Source: Euprymna scolopes
Taxonomy: Eukaryota
DNA: 64,000 bases
Assembly (NCBI GenBank): GCA_053919585.1
Contig: CM132792.1
Strand: one strand, 5' to 3'
The notes below the pieces were generated by a model. It saw only the letters and a program-made list of their open reading frames with translations. It had not been told where the DNA came from and searched no databases. Shown here piece after piece: positions 41,401-52,888 of the stretch; the stretch's first letter is position 1; every line of letters begins with the position of its first letter. The position numbers and the translations under genes are program-made.

Positions 41401-44400
41401 TGCAGACCATCGACTAGTCAACTCGTGTACAAATAATGTTGCAGACCATCGACTAGTCAACTCGTGTACAAATAATGTTGCAGACAATCGACTAGTAAAC
41501 TAGTGTACAAATAATGTTGCAGACAATCGACTAGTCAACTAGTGTACAAATAATGTTGCAGACCATCAATAGTTAACTAGTGCACAAATAATGTTGCAGA
41601 CCATCGACTAGTTGACTAGTGTACAAATAATGTTGCAGACACTCGACTAGTTGACTAGTGTACAAATATAGTTGCAGACCATCGACTAGTTGACTAGTGT
41701 ACAAATAATGTTGCAGACCATCGACCTGTTTACTAGTGTACAGAAATTGTTGCAGACCATCGACTAGTTGACTAGTGTACAGAAATTGTTACAGACCATC
41801 GACTAGTTGACTAGTGTACAAATAATGTTGCAGACCATCGATAGTTAACTAGTGTACAAATAATGTTGCAGACCATCGACTAATTGAATAGTGTACAAAT
41901 AATGTTGCAGACCATCGACTAGTTTACTAGTGTACAAATAATGTTGCAGACCATCGACTAGTTGACTAGGGTACAAATGATGTTGCAGACCATCGACTAG
42001 TTAACTAGTGTACAAATAATGTTGCAGACCATCGACTAGTTGACTAGTGTACAAATAATGTTGCAGACCATCGACTAGTTAACTAGTGTACAAATAATGT
42101 TGCAGACCATCGACTAGTTGACTAGTGTACAAATAATGTTGCAGACCATCGACTAGTTGACTAGTGTACAAATAATGTTGCAGACCATCGACTAGTTGAC
42201 TAGTGTACAAATAATGTTGCAGACTATCGACTAGTTGACTAGTGTACAAATAATGTTGCAGACCATCGATAGTTAACTAGTGTACAAATAATGATGCAGA
42301 CCATCGACTAGTTGACTAGTGTACAAATAATGTTGCATACCATCGACTAGTTTACTAGTGTACAAATAATGTTGCAGACCATCGACTAGTTGACTAGGGT
42401 ACAAATAATGTTGCAGACCATCGACTAGTTAACTAGTGTACAAATAATGTTGCAGACCGTTGACTAGTGTACAAATAATGTTGCAGACCATCGACTAGTT
42501 AACTAGTGTACAATTAATGTTGCAGACCATCGCCTAGTTGACTAGTGTACAAATAATGTTGCAGACCATCGACTAGTTGACTAGTGTACAAATAATGTTG
42601 CAGACCATCGACTAGTTGACTAGTGTACAAATAATGTTGCAGACCATCGACTAGTTAACTAGTGTACAAATAATGTTGCAGACCATCGACTAGTTGACTA
42701 GTGTACAAATAATGTTGCAGACCATCGACTAGTTGACTAGTGTACAAATAATGTTGCAGACCATCGACTAGTTGACTAGTGTACAAATAATGTTGCAGAC
42801 CATCGACTAGTTGACTAGTGTACAAATAATGTTGCAGACCATCGACTAGTTAACTAGTGTACAAATAATGTTGCAGACCATCGACTAGTTGACTAGTGTA
42901 CAAATAATGTTGCAGATCATCGACTAGTTGACTAGTGTACAAATAATGTTGCAGACCATCGACTAGTTAACTAGTGTACAAATAATGTTGCAGACCATCG
43001 ACTAGTTTACTAGTGTACAAATAATGTTGCAGACCATCGACTAGTTGACTAGTGTACAAATAATGTTGCAGACCATCGACTAGTTGACTAGTGTACAAAT
43101 AATGTTGCAGACCATCGACTAGTTGACTAGTGTACAAATAATGTTGCAGACCATCGACTAGTTGACTAGTGTACAGAAATTGTTGCAGACCATCGACTAG
43201 TTGACTAGTGTACAAATAATGTTGCAGACCATCGACTAGTTGACTAGTGTACAAATAATGTTGCAGACCATCGACTAGTTGACTAGTGTACAGAAATTGT
43301 TGCAGACCATCGACTAGTTGACTAGTGTACAAATAATGTTGCAGACCATCGACTAGTTGACTAGTGTACTAATAATGTTGCAGACCATCGACTAGTTAAC
43401 TAGTGTACAAATAATGTTGCAGACCATCGACTAGTTGACTAGTGTACAAATAAAGTTGCAGACACTCGACTAGTTGACTAGTGTACAAATAATGTTGCAG
43501 ACCATCGACTAGTTTACTAGTGTACAAATAATGTTGCAGACCATCGACTAGTTTACTAGTGTACAGAAATTGTTGCAGACCATCGACTAGTTGACTAGTG
43601 TACAAATAATGTTGCAGACCATCGACTAGTTGACTAGTATACAAATAATGTTGCAGACCATCGACTAGTTTACTAGTGTACAAATAATGTTGCAGACCAT
43701 CGACAAGTTAACTCGTGTACAAATAATGTTGCAGACCATCGACTAGTTGACTAGTGTACAAATAATGTTGCAGACCATCGACTAGTTAACTAGTGTACAA
43801 ATAATGTTGCAGACCATCGACTAGTTTACTAGGGTACAAATAATGTTGCAGACACTCGACTAGTTGACTAGTGTACAGAAATTGTTGCAGACCATCGACT
43901 AGTTGACTAGTGTACAAATAATGTTGCAGACCATCGACTAGTTAACTAGTGTACAAATAATGTTGCAGACCATCGACTAGTTGACTAGTGTACAAATAAT
44001 GTTGCAGACACTCGACTAGTTGACTAGTGTACAAATAATGTTGCAGACCATCGACTAGTTTACTAGTGTACAAATAATGTTGCAGACCATCGACTAGTTT
44101 ACTAGGGTACAAATAATGTTGCAGACACTCGACTAGTTGACTAGTGTACAGAAATTGTTGCAGACCATCGACTAGTTGACTAGTGTACAAATAATGTTGC
44201 AGACCATCGACTAGTTAACTAGTGTACAAATAATGTTGCAGACCATCGACTAGTTGACTAGTGTACAAATAATGTTGCAGACACTCGACTAGTTGACTAG
44301 TGTACAAATAATGTTGCAGACCATCGACTAGTTTACTAGTGTACAAATAATGTTGCAGACCATCGACTAGTTTACTAGTGTACAAATAATGTTGCAAACC

Positions 44401-45439
44401 ATCGACTAGTTGACTAGTGTACAAATAATGTTGCAGCCCATCGACTAGTTGACTAGTGTACAAATAATGTTGCAGACCATCGACTAGTTGACTGGTGTAC
44501 AAATAATGTTGCAGACCATCGACTAGTTGACTAGTGTACAAATAATGTTGCAGACCATCGACGAGTTAACTAGTGTACAAATAATGTTGCAGACCATCGA
44601 CGAGTTAATTAGTGTACAAATAATGTTGCAGACCATCGACTAGTTGACTAGGGTAGAAATAATGTTGCAGACACTCGACTAGTTGACTAGTGTACAGAAA
44701 TTGTTGCAGACCATCGACTAGTTGACTAGGGTACAAATAATGTTGCAGACCATCGACTAGTTAACTAGTGTACAAATAATGTTGCAGACCATCGACTAGT
44801 TTACTAGTGTACAGAAATTGTTGCTGACCATCGACTAGTTGACTAGTGTATAAATAATGTTGCAGACCATCGACTAGTTGACTAGTGTACAGAAATTGTT
44901 GCAGACCATCGACTAGTTGACTAGTGTACAAATAATGTTGCAGACCATCGAGTATTTGACTAGTGTACAAATAATGTTGCAGACCATCGACTAGTTAACT
45001 AGTGTACAAATAATGTTGCAGACCATCCACTAGTTGACTAGTGTACAAATAATTTTGCAGACCATCGACTAGTTTACTAGTGTACAAATAATGTTGCAGA
45101 CCATCGACTAGTCAACTAGTGTACAAATAATGTTGCAGACCATCGACTAGTCAACTAGTGTACAAATAATGTTGCAGACCATCGACTTGTCAACTAGTGT
45201 ACAAATAATGTTGCAGACCATCGACTAGTCAACTAGTGTACAAATAATGTTGCAGACCATTGACTAGCCAACTAGTGTACAAATAATGTTGCAGACCATC
45301 GACTAGTCAACTAGTGTACAAATAATGTTGCAAACCATCGACTAGTCAACTAGTGTACAAATAATGTTGCAGACCATCGACTAGTCAACTAGTGTACAAA
45401 TAATGTTGCAGACCATCGACTAGTTGACTAGTGTATAAA
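17479..45439. repeat. Satellite array, 39-bp unit TAATGTTGCAGACCATCGACTAGTTGACTAGTGTACAAA, ~717 copies, with higher-order duplications
   Basis: Continuous tandem repeat, 27,961 bp / 39. Shared variant patterns recur at kb scale. Confidence 0.98.
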
Positions 45440-45484
45440 TCACAAGAGCGATAGAAGCCTTCCATCATGTTTGAAAGTGACACT

Positions 45485-46028
45485 ATGTTCAGCGAGCAAG
45501 ATTAGAAATCCTCTGCTGTACAATTCATGCTCTCTATTGATCCAAATTATGGCAACAAGACCATTGCCAGCACTCAAAAATGCATCGCTGGATTGCCACG
45601 AATAACAGGAACATGTCCAGGGTGATGAAAACAAAGTTTCCCGCCACAGTTATGGTCTTTGCTGTGGTTCAAGTGAAGGTCACATCATGCCACATCACAT
45701 ATTTGATGTGGGCTTGAAAGTCTACACAAAAGTGTACCTGGATGCGTTGAAAAGTGCAGTCAGGTAGTCGATGGCAGACCCTGTTTGTATCCTTCTCTCA
45801 TTGCCCCCCCCTCCTTTCCCGACTTGAACATATTGGACTACTTCGTTTGATCATATGTCGAGAACATTACTAATATGACTTTACACAGCATCAACGCCAG
45901 CCTGATCGCCGCTGTTTGCCGAGTGTTTGCCAGCCAAGCTCCTGTCAGCGCTTGTGGAAAAGGCATGCTTCCAGCTCTAGACCTGCATAGAGGCGATGAT
46001 TGAAATTGAAGGCGGCTACATTGAATAG
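45485..46028 (+). pseudogene. Internally deleted maT transposase remnant
   Basis: Fragments MFSEQ..RVMKTKFPATVMV..SEGHIMP.HIFDVGLKV.TKVYLD..DLN.LDYFV..IEAMIEIEGGYIE*. Confidence 0.8.
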
Positions 46029-47686
46029 ATGTCAGCTCTACTACATAATCAAGTTACCTGAATTTATTTTTACAATAAAAATTTCAAAATAAAGCTGTAG
46101 TGTTGTTTTCTTTAGGGTGACAATTTTATCGTTCCACCGTGTAATATGAATAACCAACCCTCCTCTCGAAAATTCGGGAAGGTGATCTGAGCATAATATA
46201 GCATCCCAGCCTTTTCATAAACCGGCTTTTTAGTGTTCTTTTCAGTTTGTTTGTAGATCAACTGGTCAGACAGATAATCACTGACTACTAAATTCATTTC
46301 TCTTTTCTCTTTTAGATTATTGTTATTGCTATCGTTGGTTTAAAATATAAAAATAAAACTATTCTTAAACGATAAAATAAATTAACATTTTTAAGACAAC
46401 AAATAATGGACCCATTTCAAATGTAACAAATCTGTATTAAGTATCAAAGATTGTTGATTTTTCAAGTTTTTTTTTTTTTGCTTGTTTTGTTTCTTTTTGT
46501 TGCTTCTTTTTCTGTTTTCTTTCCATTCAACTACTATTGATCTGATTTCTAATCTAAGAAAGACAGCTGATGTACATCTAAGAATCGCATTTTCTTTAGC
46601 AACGCCAAATTTATTGTCTGCTTCTAATTCCCTCTTGATTTTTCTTGTTTTTTTATTTTTTTTTCTGAATTGGCCTCGTTTTATGATTTCAAGGTTTTAC
46701 TAAGAAAATAGAAACAATGAAATATTCGGTCTTCATGAAAAAGAAATAGAACAAATTTTGTGTCTTCATTTATGACAAATGAAGAAGTTCAATAGTGGAA
46801 AAATGTTGTTGTTTTTTTTTAACTTCCGGATTCTTTAGAATTTGTAGAAATTTTGATGGAAAAATATCTGAACTTTAAGATGTCATAGAAAAATCATTTT
46901 TCATTTAAACAACAAATAAAACAAAAAAAACCCTATTCACATGACTTTTAGATTAGTGATTCATTTAAAGAAAGGTGAAGTATGTTTTTATGGAAATCGT
47001 TCCAGACAAAGTGTGAAGTCACTTGGTGTGAGAAGCTAAAAAGGACAAAATAGGTTATTGCAAGAACAGAAGATGCCTATTGATATCAGTCTTTAAAAGA
47101 TCAATGCTATAAGTTGGGAAAAAAGCAATAACAAAAAAACGAAATTATTTTTTTATTTTATCGATAACATTGAACCGGGGATGGTTCATTTCTACAGAGC
47201 TGCCACTGGTACCAAATACCTCGCAGATGGTTGATATGCCGTAACACAACCCAAATTAAAATCGTGTAAACTTGATAAAGCAAAAATAGGGAGGTAGTTT
47301 TAGCATCGCAATGTTCGTCTCAGCCAATCTTTAATCCGTCAACTTTTCAACGTTTCAACAAACTCACTATTCCAACTATCTCCTCTGCCACCTTATTATA
47401 TATGCATGATTTTTAATCTTGTCTTCTCGCGCCATGTTTGCCGCTTGTTTTATCAGCGGATCAATCTGTGAGATTTCTAATGATTCCATTCAGCTATTGG
47501 CAGTAGATGGAAAATGTGCCGGGGCTTCTGCCAACAATACAACATAAGAAATGAAACACGGTTCTTTTTCAGGTAAGGATGATGCAAATCTATGTCAGTT
47601 CATTATCCCTATGGTCTAGTATAAAAAGAAAACAAACAAATGTAACAATGGCGCAATTAGCTGTAGTTTGCAAAGGAAAACATTAC

Positions 47687-47845
47687 NNNNNNNNNNNNNN
47701 NNNNNNNNNNNNNNNNNNNNNNNNNNNNNNNNNNNNNNNNNNNNNNNNNNNNNNNNNNNNNNNNNNNNNNNNNNNNNNNNNNNNNNNNNNNNNNNNNNNN
47801 NNNNNNNNNNNNNNNNNNNNNNNNNNNNNNNNNNNNNNNNNNNNN
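47687..47845. other. Assembly gap
   Basis: Run of N. Confidence 1.
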
Positions 47846-47922
47846 TATATATAATCATACTCTATATATATATAATTATACTATATTATATGTATATATT
47901 ATATTATATATATATATTATAT

Positions 47923-47965
<43 letters not shown>

Positions 47966-47970
<5 letters not shown>

Positions 47971-48217
47971 AATGTACAGAAGGTCAGGAAAACATTGGTA
48001 CCGTCGGTTTCAAGCCTACCATAAGGGCGACCAGTTAATTGAAAAATCGTAAATAATGTTAGGCTCTCGTCAGCCATGTTGTTTCTGCTTGAGGAAAACA
48101 GAAACATGGCTGACGAGAGCCCAACATTATTTACGATTTTTCAATTAACTGGTCGCCCTTATGGTAGGCTTGAAACCGACCGCACCAATGTTCTCCTGAC
48201 CTTCTGCACATTTAAAT
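47966..48217. repeat. ~250-bp near-perfect palindrome formed by two divergent hammerhead-containing arms
   Basis: 47966-48080 is the reverse complement of 48103-48217, flanked by (TA)n. Confidence 0.9.
47991..48080 (-). ncRNA. Type I hammerhead ribozyme with extended stem-loop II
   Basis: AACATGG-CTGACGA-GAGCCTA...TAGGCTT-GAAA-CC-GAC-GG-TA-CCAATGTT: the full core and stems I-III can be paired, GUA cleavage triplet. Confidence 0.75.
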
Positions 48218-48284
48218 AAATATTAAGCTCTTATATTGAAAAAAAAGTTTTTTCTTTGTTGGAATTCTTTCCCAAAAAACGGTA

Positions 48285-48337
<53 letters not shown>

Positions 48338-48341
<4 letters not shown>

Positions 48342-48679
48342 CAATAGAAAAATGCGAGTATGAAAAGTAATATGGTTAAGCTTAAACATGGAAAAGTAAA
48401 TGACTAGTTGTTAAAACTGGAAAAGAAAGACAAGATATTCTAGTAAAAACTATAATAAATTTATAACTTAAAATATTGTAGCATTAACAGTTGCTTATAT
48501 AATGTTAAATTGAATTAAAAAAGGTTCTTAATGCTGCAATATTTTAAATTATACATTTCTTATATTTTTTACTATAATATCTTGTCCTTTTCTTTTCCAG
48601 TTTTAACAACTAGTCCTTCACTTTTACGTGTTTAAGCTTAATCATATTACTTTTCATACTCGCATTTTTCTGTTGTAAT
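48338..48679. repeat. ~150-bp inverted repeat (48338-48488 / 48528-48679) starting at a (TA)n tract
   Basis: GAAAAATGCGAGTATGAAAAGTAATATG.. versus ..CATATTACTTTTCATACTCGCATTTTTC. Confidence 0.85.
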
Positions 48680-49368
48680 CCATGATTTTTCCAGGTTTCT
48701 AATAAATTCATTTGTTCTTTGTTTAATTTCAGTCTTATTTTTTTACCCCAATAAACACATATGTAATAATGTACGGCACTCGTCTGCTTTCAATAAAATC
48801 CCCCCAATTATCTCCCTTTCATGCTTGCATTCTCTCTGTTTCACTCGTTACATGTCTTTTCGAGACAACAGTGACTTAGTAGCAACAGTAGTCGCTGAAG
48901 CGACGTGGTTACTATAGTAATAAAGTGTTGCTCACCTCCTTACATATTTTTACGGTTTTGAACACCAGAAAATTCATAACTTTTGTTTTACTCAACGAAA
49001 ATTGAAAAAAAAAACAACAACTTTTTCTTCACGATATAGCTGAGGTGATCTATAAAGTGTAATAATTGTTTGAAATTTGGTCGAAAAATGAGTGAGCGGT
49101 GAAGCTTTAAAGCTGTCCTAAATGACTAAAACGGCCACTTAATCATATATTCAAACAATACCGTGTTTGAATGATATGCAACATTCACGACTTCTGCTCG
49201 TTCGAACACTCTGGATTGTCCAATGTCTGCACATGAATTCTGCGTTTATTAGTTGTTAATTCCCTTTATTCCTGTGGCAATTGTTTGGTGGCCTGGAGGC
49301 AAAGACTTAGCAAATGAAGCCAATGGTGACATGATTGAGTTTGAATCACCTGACTGGCACGAACTGAT

Positions 49369-49418
49369 ACCTATTACACTGATGATTGCGTAAGCATGAA
49401 ACGCTAGTGTTTGTAGGT
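49369..49418 (+). ncRNA. Minimal type I hammerhead ribozyme
   Basis: ACCT(ATT)ACA-CTGATGA-T-TGC-GTAA-GCA-T-GAAA-CG-CTAG-TG-TT-TGTAGGT. Confidence 0.7.
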
Positions 49419-49711
49419 AGTAAAATTATAATTATCATTTAACTACACCGATGAAGCCCTTTAAGAATGTATAAGGATTGGCACTGTCTATAAAATATGA
49501 ACTAAGAAGCAGTCAACTAGCGTTTATGCAACATTCACGACTTCTGCTCGTCAAAACATTTCGAATTCTCTAATGTCTGCGCTCGAATTGTGCGTTTATT
49601 AGTTGTTAATCCCTTCGTTCTGTGGTAGTTGTTTAGTGGCCCGGTGATAATGGCTTAGCAAATGAAGCCAAAGGTGGCTGAGTTCGAATCTCCTGACGGA
49701 CAGGAATTGTC

Positions 49712-49761
49712 ACCTCTTACACTGATGATTGCATAAGCATGAAACGCTAGTGTATGTAGGT
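49712..49761 (+). ncRNA. Minimal type I hammerhead ribozyme
   Basis: ACCT(CTT)ACA-CTGATGA-T-TGC-ATAA-GCA-T-GAAA-CG-CTAG-TG-TA-TGTAGGT, GUA triplet, palindromic loop 3 (CTAG). Confidence 0.75.
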
Positions 49762-49795
49762 AATAAAATTATAATTATTATTTAACTTATATATA

Positions 49796-49969
49796 TTAGA
49801 TTGGTGCAAAAGTAATGTCGTTATATATATATATAGGGTGTCCGTAAAGTTACTATACAGTCATGTTTGATTCAATCAATAAGACTGTATAGTAACTTTA
49901 TGGACACCCTGTATATACTTGAACATCGAAAACCGACACTTTTTTTTTTTTTGTTTTGCACCAACCTAA
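49796..49969. mobile_element. Mariner (MADE1/Hsmar1-like TIR) MITE containing a nested MITE
   Basis: TTAGATTGGTGCAAAA ... TTTTGCACCAACCTAA flanked by TA. Confidence 0.75.
49834..49911. mobile_element. 78-bp Tc1/mariner MITE
   Basis: ~29-bp TIRs (C/T)AGGGTGTCC(G/A)TAAAGTTACTATACAGTC, in a TA context. Confidence 0.8.
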
Positions 49970-49981
49970 TATATGTATATG

Positions 49982-50210
49982 GTATACGGCATAATCGCGT
50001 TGACACACCGGTTCTCGTCAGATCACAGAAGTTAAGCAAGGTTGAGCCTGGTTACTATCAGATGGGTGACCATTTGGGAATTCTAGGCACTGTATGTACT
50101 CTCCGCTTATCTCGGCATTTGTTTCCAGTCGTCCTGTACTTCACTTGCCACTGGTATTTAACAATGTCGTCTCAGGGGAGGTGTGGTTGGAGATTGCGCA
50201 CCTCTTGCCA
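49982..50210 (+). mobile_element. 5S rRNA-derived SINE (SINE3)
   Basis: 5S head CACCGGTTCTCGTCAGATCACAGAAGTTAAGCAA..GATGGGTGACC plus a body shared with 16545-16660. Confidence 0.8.
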
Positions 50211-50294
50211 CAAAAATTTTGCGCGCAAGCAACCCTTCTTGGGTATCCATAGTCTGTCCAAAACTGAAGGAGCCTGCTTTTTTGCTATATATAT

Positions 50295-50450
50295 GGCACC
50301 CTACGCTGGAGGTTTAATACTAGTCAACGAAGTCAAGGTTGACTTTGTAACTGGATTCAAATTATCCGTGTGGCAGTAATTATCACTAATTCCTACACCG
50401 ATGAGAACGTAAGACATGTATTTGTAGGTTAAAAGAAACAATAATTATTA
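50295..50450 (+). mobile_element. Degenerate copy of the tRNA-hammerhead family
   Basis: GAAGTCAAGGTTGACTTTGT..GGATTCAAAT..CCTACACCGATGA..TGTAGGT. Confidence 0.55.
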
Positions 50451-50811
50451 ATATTTATTTAAAACATAAAACACGTGCGTGTGATTGTGTTTATATATAT
50501 ATATATATATATATATAATCTCGTATGCTGTCTGTCCATTCCACTTTTTTCCGGGAACTACTGGGCCTATGTAGCTGAAATTTTATATGGACCTTTATAA
50601 TAAGGTGCAGAGAACTAAGTATTACGTATCCGTTCGATGTGCAGTGAGAGATTAATAGGGATTAGTACTTGATATAAAAATGAGTACATATTTAACCATA
50701 TATTAATTTGGCGTAAAGCACTCATTCCAATAATGAGCTGTAACTTTTGACCGTTTTTAACAGGCTAAAAAGTCGATTATATATACGTACACGTATTCTT
50801 TTATAACTTTA

Positions 50812-51198
50812 CTAGCTTTGGTGCCTGGCGTTGCCCGGGTGTTTGTTGGTGTTTGTTGAGAAAAAAAAAGTGGTAGTAGGCAGGCTGGCTCAAACCCGTA
50901 CCATGAATGAGGAATTGCGTCCATCGTCAAACCGGAAGTGACGAATGTTTAAATTAAGGCTAGTCAATCGAAAAGAAGGTATGACTTTCGAAAATATCGG
51001 CGAAAAAGCGACCCCTCCCTGTAGAAAAGTGCTAGTTGAGGGTGAAGGAATAAATGTTTTTAGCCGATTTTTTTATATTTGTTGTCCAGAGGGTCGGGCT
51101 TCAAAACGATACCAATCTCATGAAAATCTGTCGCTTCTGTCGAAAAGTTTAGGCAAACATGCAGACAGACAGACAGGTGAGATTTATATTATAGAAGA
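50812..51198 (-). mobile_element. Non-autonomous Helitron-like element
   Basis: Minus strand A|TC...CCCGGGCAACGCCAGG...CTAG|T, with a subterminal hairpin and no TSD. Confidence 0.7.
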
Positions 51199-51314
51199 TA
51201 ACAGTAAAATCAAACCTTTCGGCACAAATAAATTTTGGACATTCTTGACAAAATTAAACAATTTTTGATGGAATTTAATGAACTTGAAAGCAGAAAAGTT
51301 TAACTTTTAAACTA

Positions 51315-51755
51315 GATCTTGGAATTATAGCATTCTACTAGAATTGTATTTTAATTGTATTTAAATTGTATTGGAATTTATTTTAGAATTGCTTCTGGAA
51401 TTGTATCGCAAATGTTGTGGAATTGTTTAAGAATTTTTGGAATTGTCTTAAAACTGTTTTGAAGTTGAAACGGTCTTCGAATTATATTTGAATTATTGCC
51501 TAATTGTCTTTGGAATTGTCTTGAAATGGTCTTGGAATTGTTTTGGAATTTATTTTGCAATTGTCTTAGAATTTTATTGACATGGCTTTAAAATTTTTTG
51601 TAGAATTATCTTGGGAATCTGAAATTGCATTTGAAATTATTTTGTATTAAAAACGGCCTTGGAATTGTCTTGAAACGGTATCAGAATTGCCATGAAATGA
51701 TCTTAGAATTGTTTTTTTTTTCTGGAACTATATTAGAATTTTCCTTGGAATTTAC
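51315..51755. repeat. Degenerate ~11-bp tandem repeat (TGGAATTGTCT-like)
   Basis: Dozens of GAATTGT/GGAATT motifs at near-regular spacing. Confidence 0.7.
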
Positions 51756-51907
51756 TTTAAGTGGTGTGTGTGTGTGTGTGTGTGTGTGTGTTTAAAGTTG
51801 AAATAATTATTACCGGCTCTGTTAATTTTCTGTTATATACATACATACAGCGAGAAAAAGTGAAACGAGCAGACAGACACAGACTACACGTCATATGTTA
51901 TCTCTTA

Positions 51908-51940
<33 letters not shown>

Positions 51941-52888
51941 TAATCGCCTTTTTATACCTAGGCATTTCAAAGCCTAATACTTCTCTTCAGAAATAAATTC
52001 ATATATACCTATAATCATTTTATTGTTTAAAATTTTTTATGTTATGATCCACCCTTAAATGTTGAGCTTGATATATCATGAGAAGTTCCTATAAAAAGAA
52101 TCTATACATGTCCTTTAAACTCTTTTGGTACATATGAGAAAAGGCGATTTCTCTATGCATATATAATATATATTCTTCAACACGTATTTGTTTATTTAAA
52201 TATTTTTTTCTCTGAGCTTACACACACACATATGTGTGCATGTATATGTATGGGATATGTATTTGCTTTTGTGTGTATATATCTATTCAATGTTCGATAA
52301 TTACTGAATAGATATGTGAAACGAAAGGAACAATAAATGTGCAAATGCTGTCTGTGGAAGTGAAAATATATGAAGATGAGGATTTCCAGGTGGCACAGTG
52401 CCTTAATTGGTCACGTCATAAGCGGGAGAAGGCAGGGGAGTGTCTCCAAGATAAATCGGAATATGAAGGATGTGACCGTTACTATGCCAACCAGCGAAAA
52501 GAGTTTCTTCCACTCTTGTCTTTGAGTAATTGTCTTCACCAAAACTCATTACATTCAGCTGTGTGGGCGGGGCTGGAAATCTTTGGTATAATTTTCCAAA
52601 AGCGTAAGAACAACACGTTTTTGTGAAACTGCGATGCAGGGTCGGACTAAATTCCTGGTGAGGTTTGAAGAACTTACATGATTACGATGTCATCCCACAT
52701 ATAAAGTTTGAAGATCTCTGATTTGAGGAATAAGCAGAAAGACATACGTTATAGTCAAGATTGTCTGCTCTTTATGATTTCCGGTTTCTGCTCTGCAGAG
52801 AGGACGATGGAGACAAACACGATATGGTTCCTTTTAATTAATGATTATCTTCTTCTCGTATAATTTTAAAGACCCCCTCCTTTCCCCA

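Larger units (their letters stand above)
17406..46141 (+). mobile_element. Non-autonomous maT (DD37D, Tc1/mariner) transposon inflated to ~28.7 kb by an internal satellite
   Basis: GGAACGATAAAATTGT at 17410-17425 and its exact revcomp at 46120-46135, with TA at both outer ends. 17431-17475 and 45440 onward are contiguous in the copy at 59180-59843. Confidence 0.85.
49176..49787 (+). mobile_element. Tandem dimer (~350-bp period) of a tRNA-head + hammerhead element (retrozyme/SINE-like)
   Basis: ATGCAACATTCACGACTTCTGCTCG at 49176 and 49526. Each unit has GTGGCC (A-box-like), GAGTT(C/T)GAATC (B-box) and a hammerhead. Confidence 0.8.

Noticed and set aside
17403-44970. Dozens of minus-strand ORFs encoding (YTSQLVDGLQHYL)n as a repetitive protein gene
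   Set aside because: The 39-bp unit is a multiple of 3 and one frame is open by chance. The common TTA variant gives frequent stops, 1-bp deletions shift the frame, and the unit derives from a transposon leader read antisense
17479-45439. CRISPR array
   Set aside because: There are no unique spacers (units abut directly), no cas genes, and the context is eukaryotic
49263-49355. Functional tRNA gene or SECIS element in the ribozyme-family head
   Set aside because: No complete cloverleaf or consistent anticodon across copies. The ATGA..AA..GA spacing is too short for a SECIS
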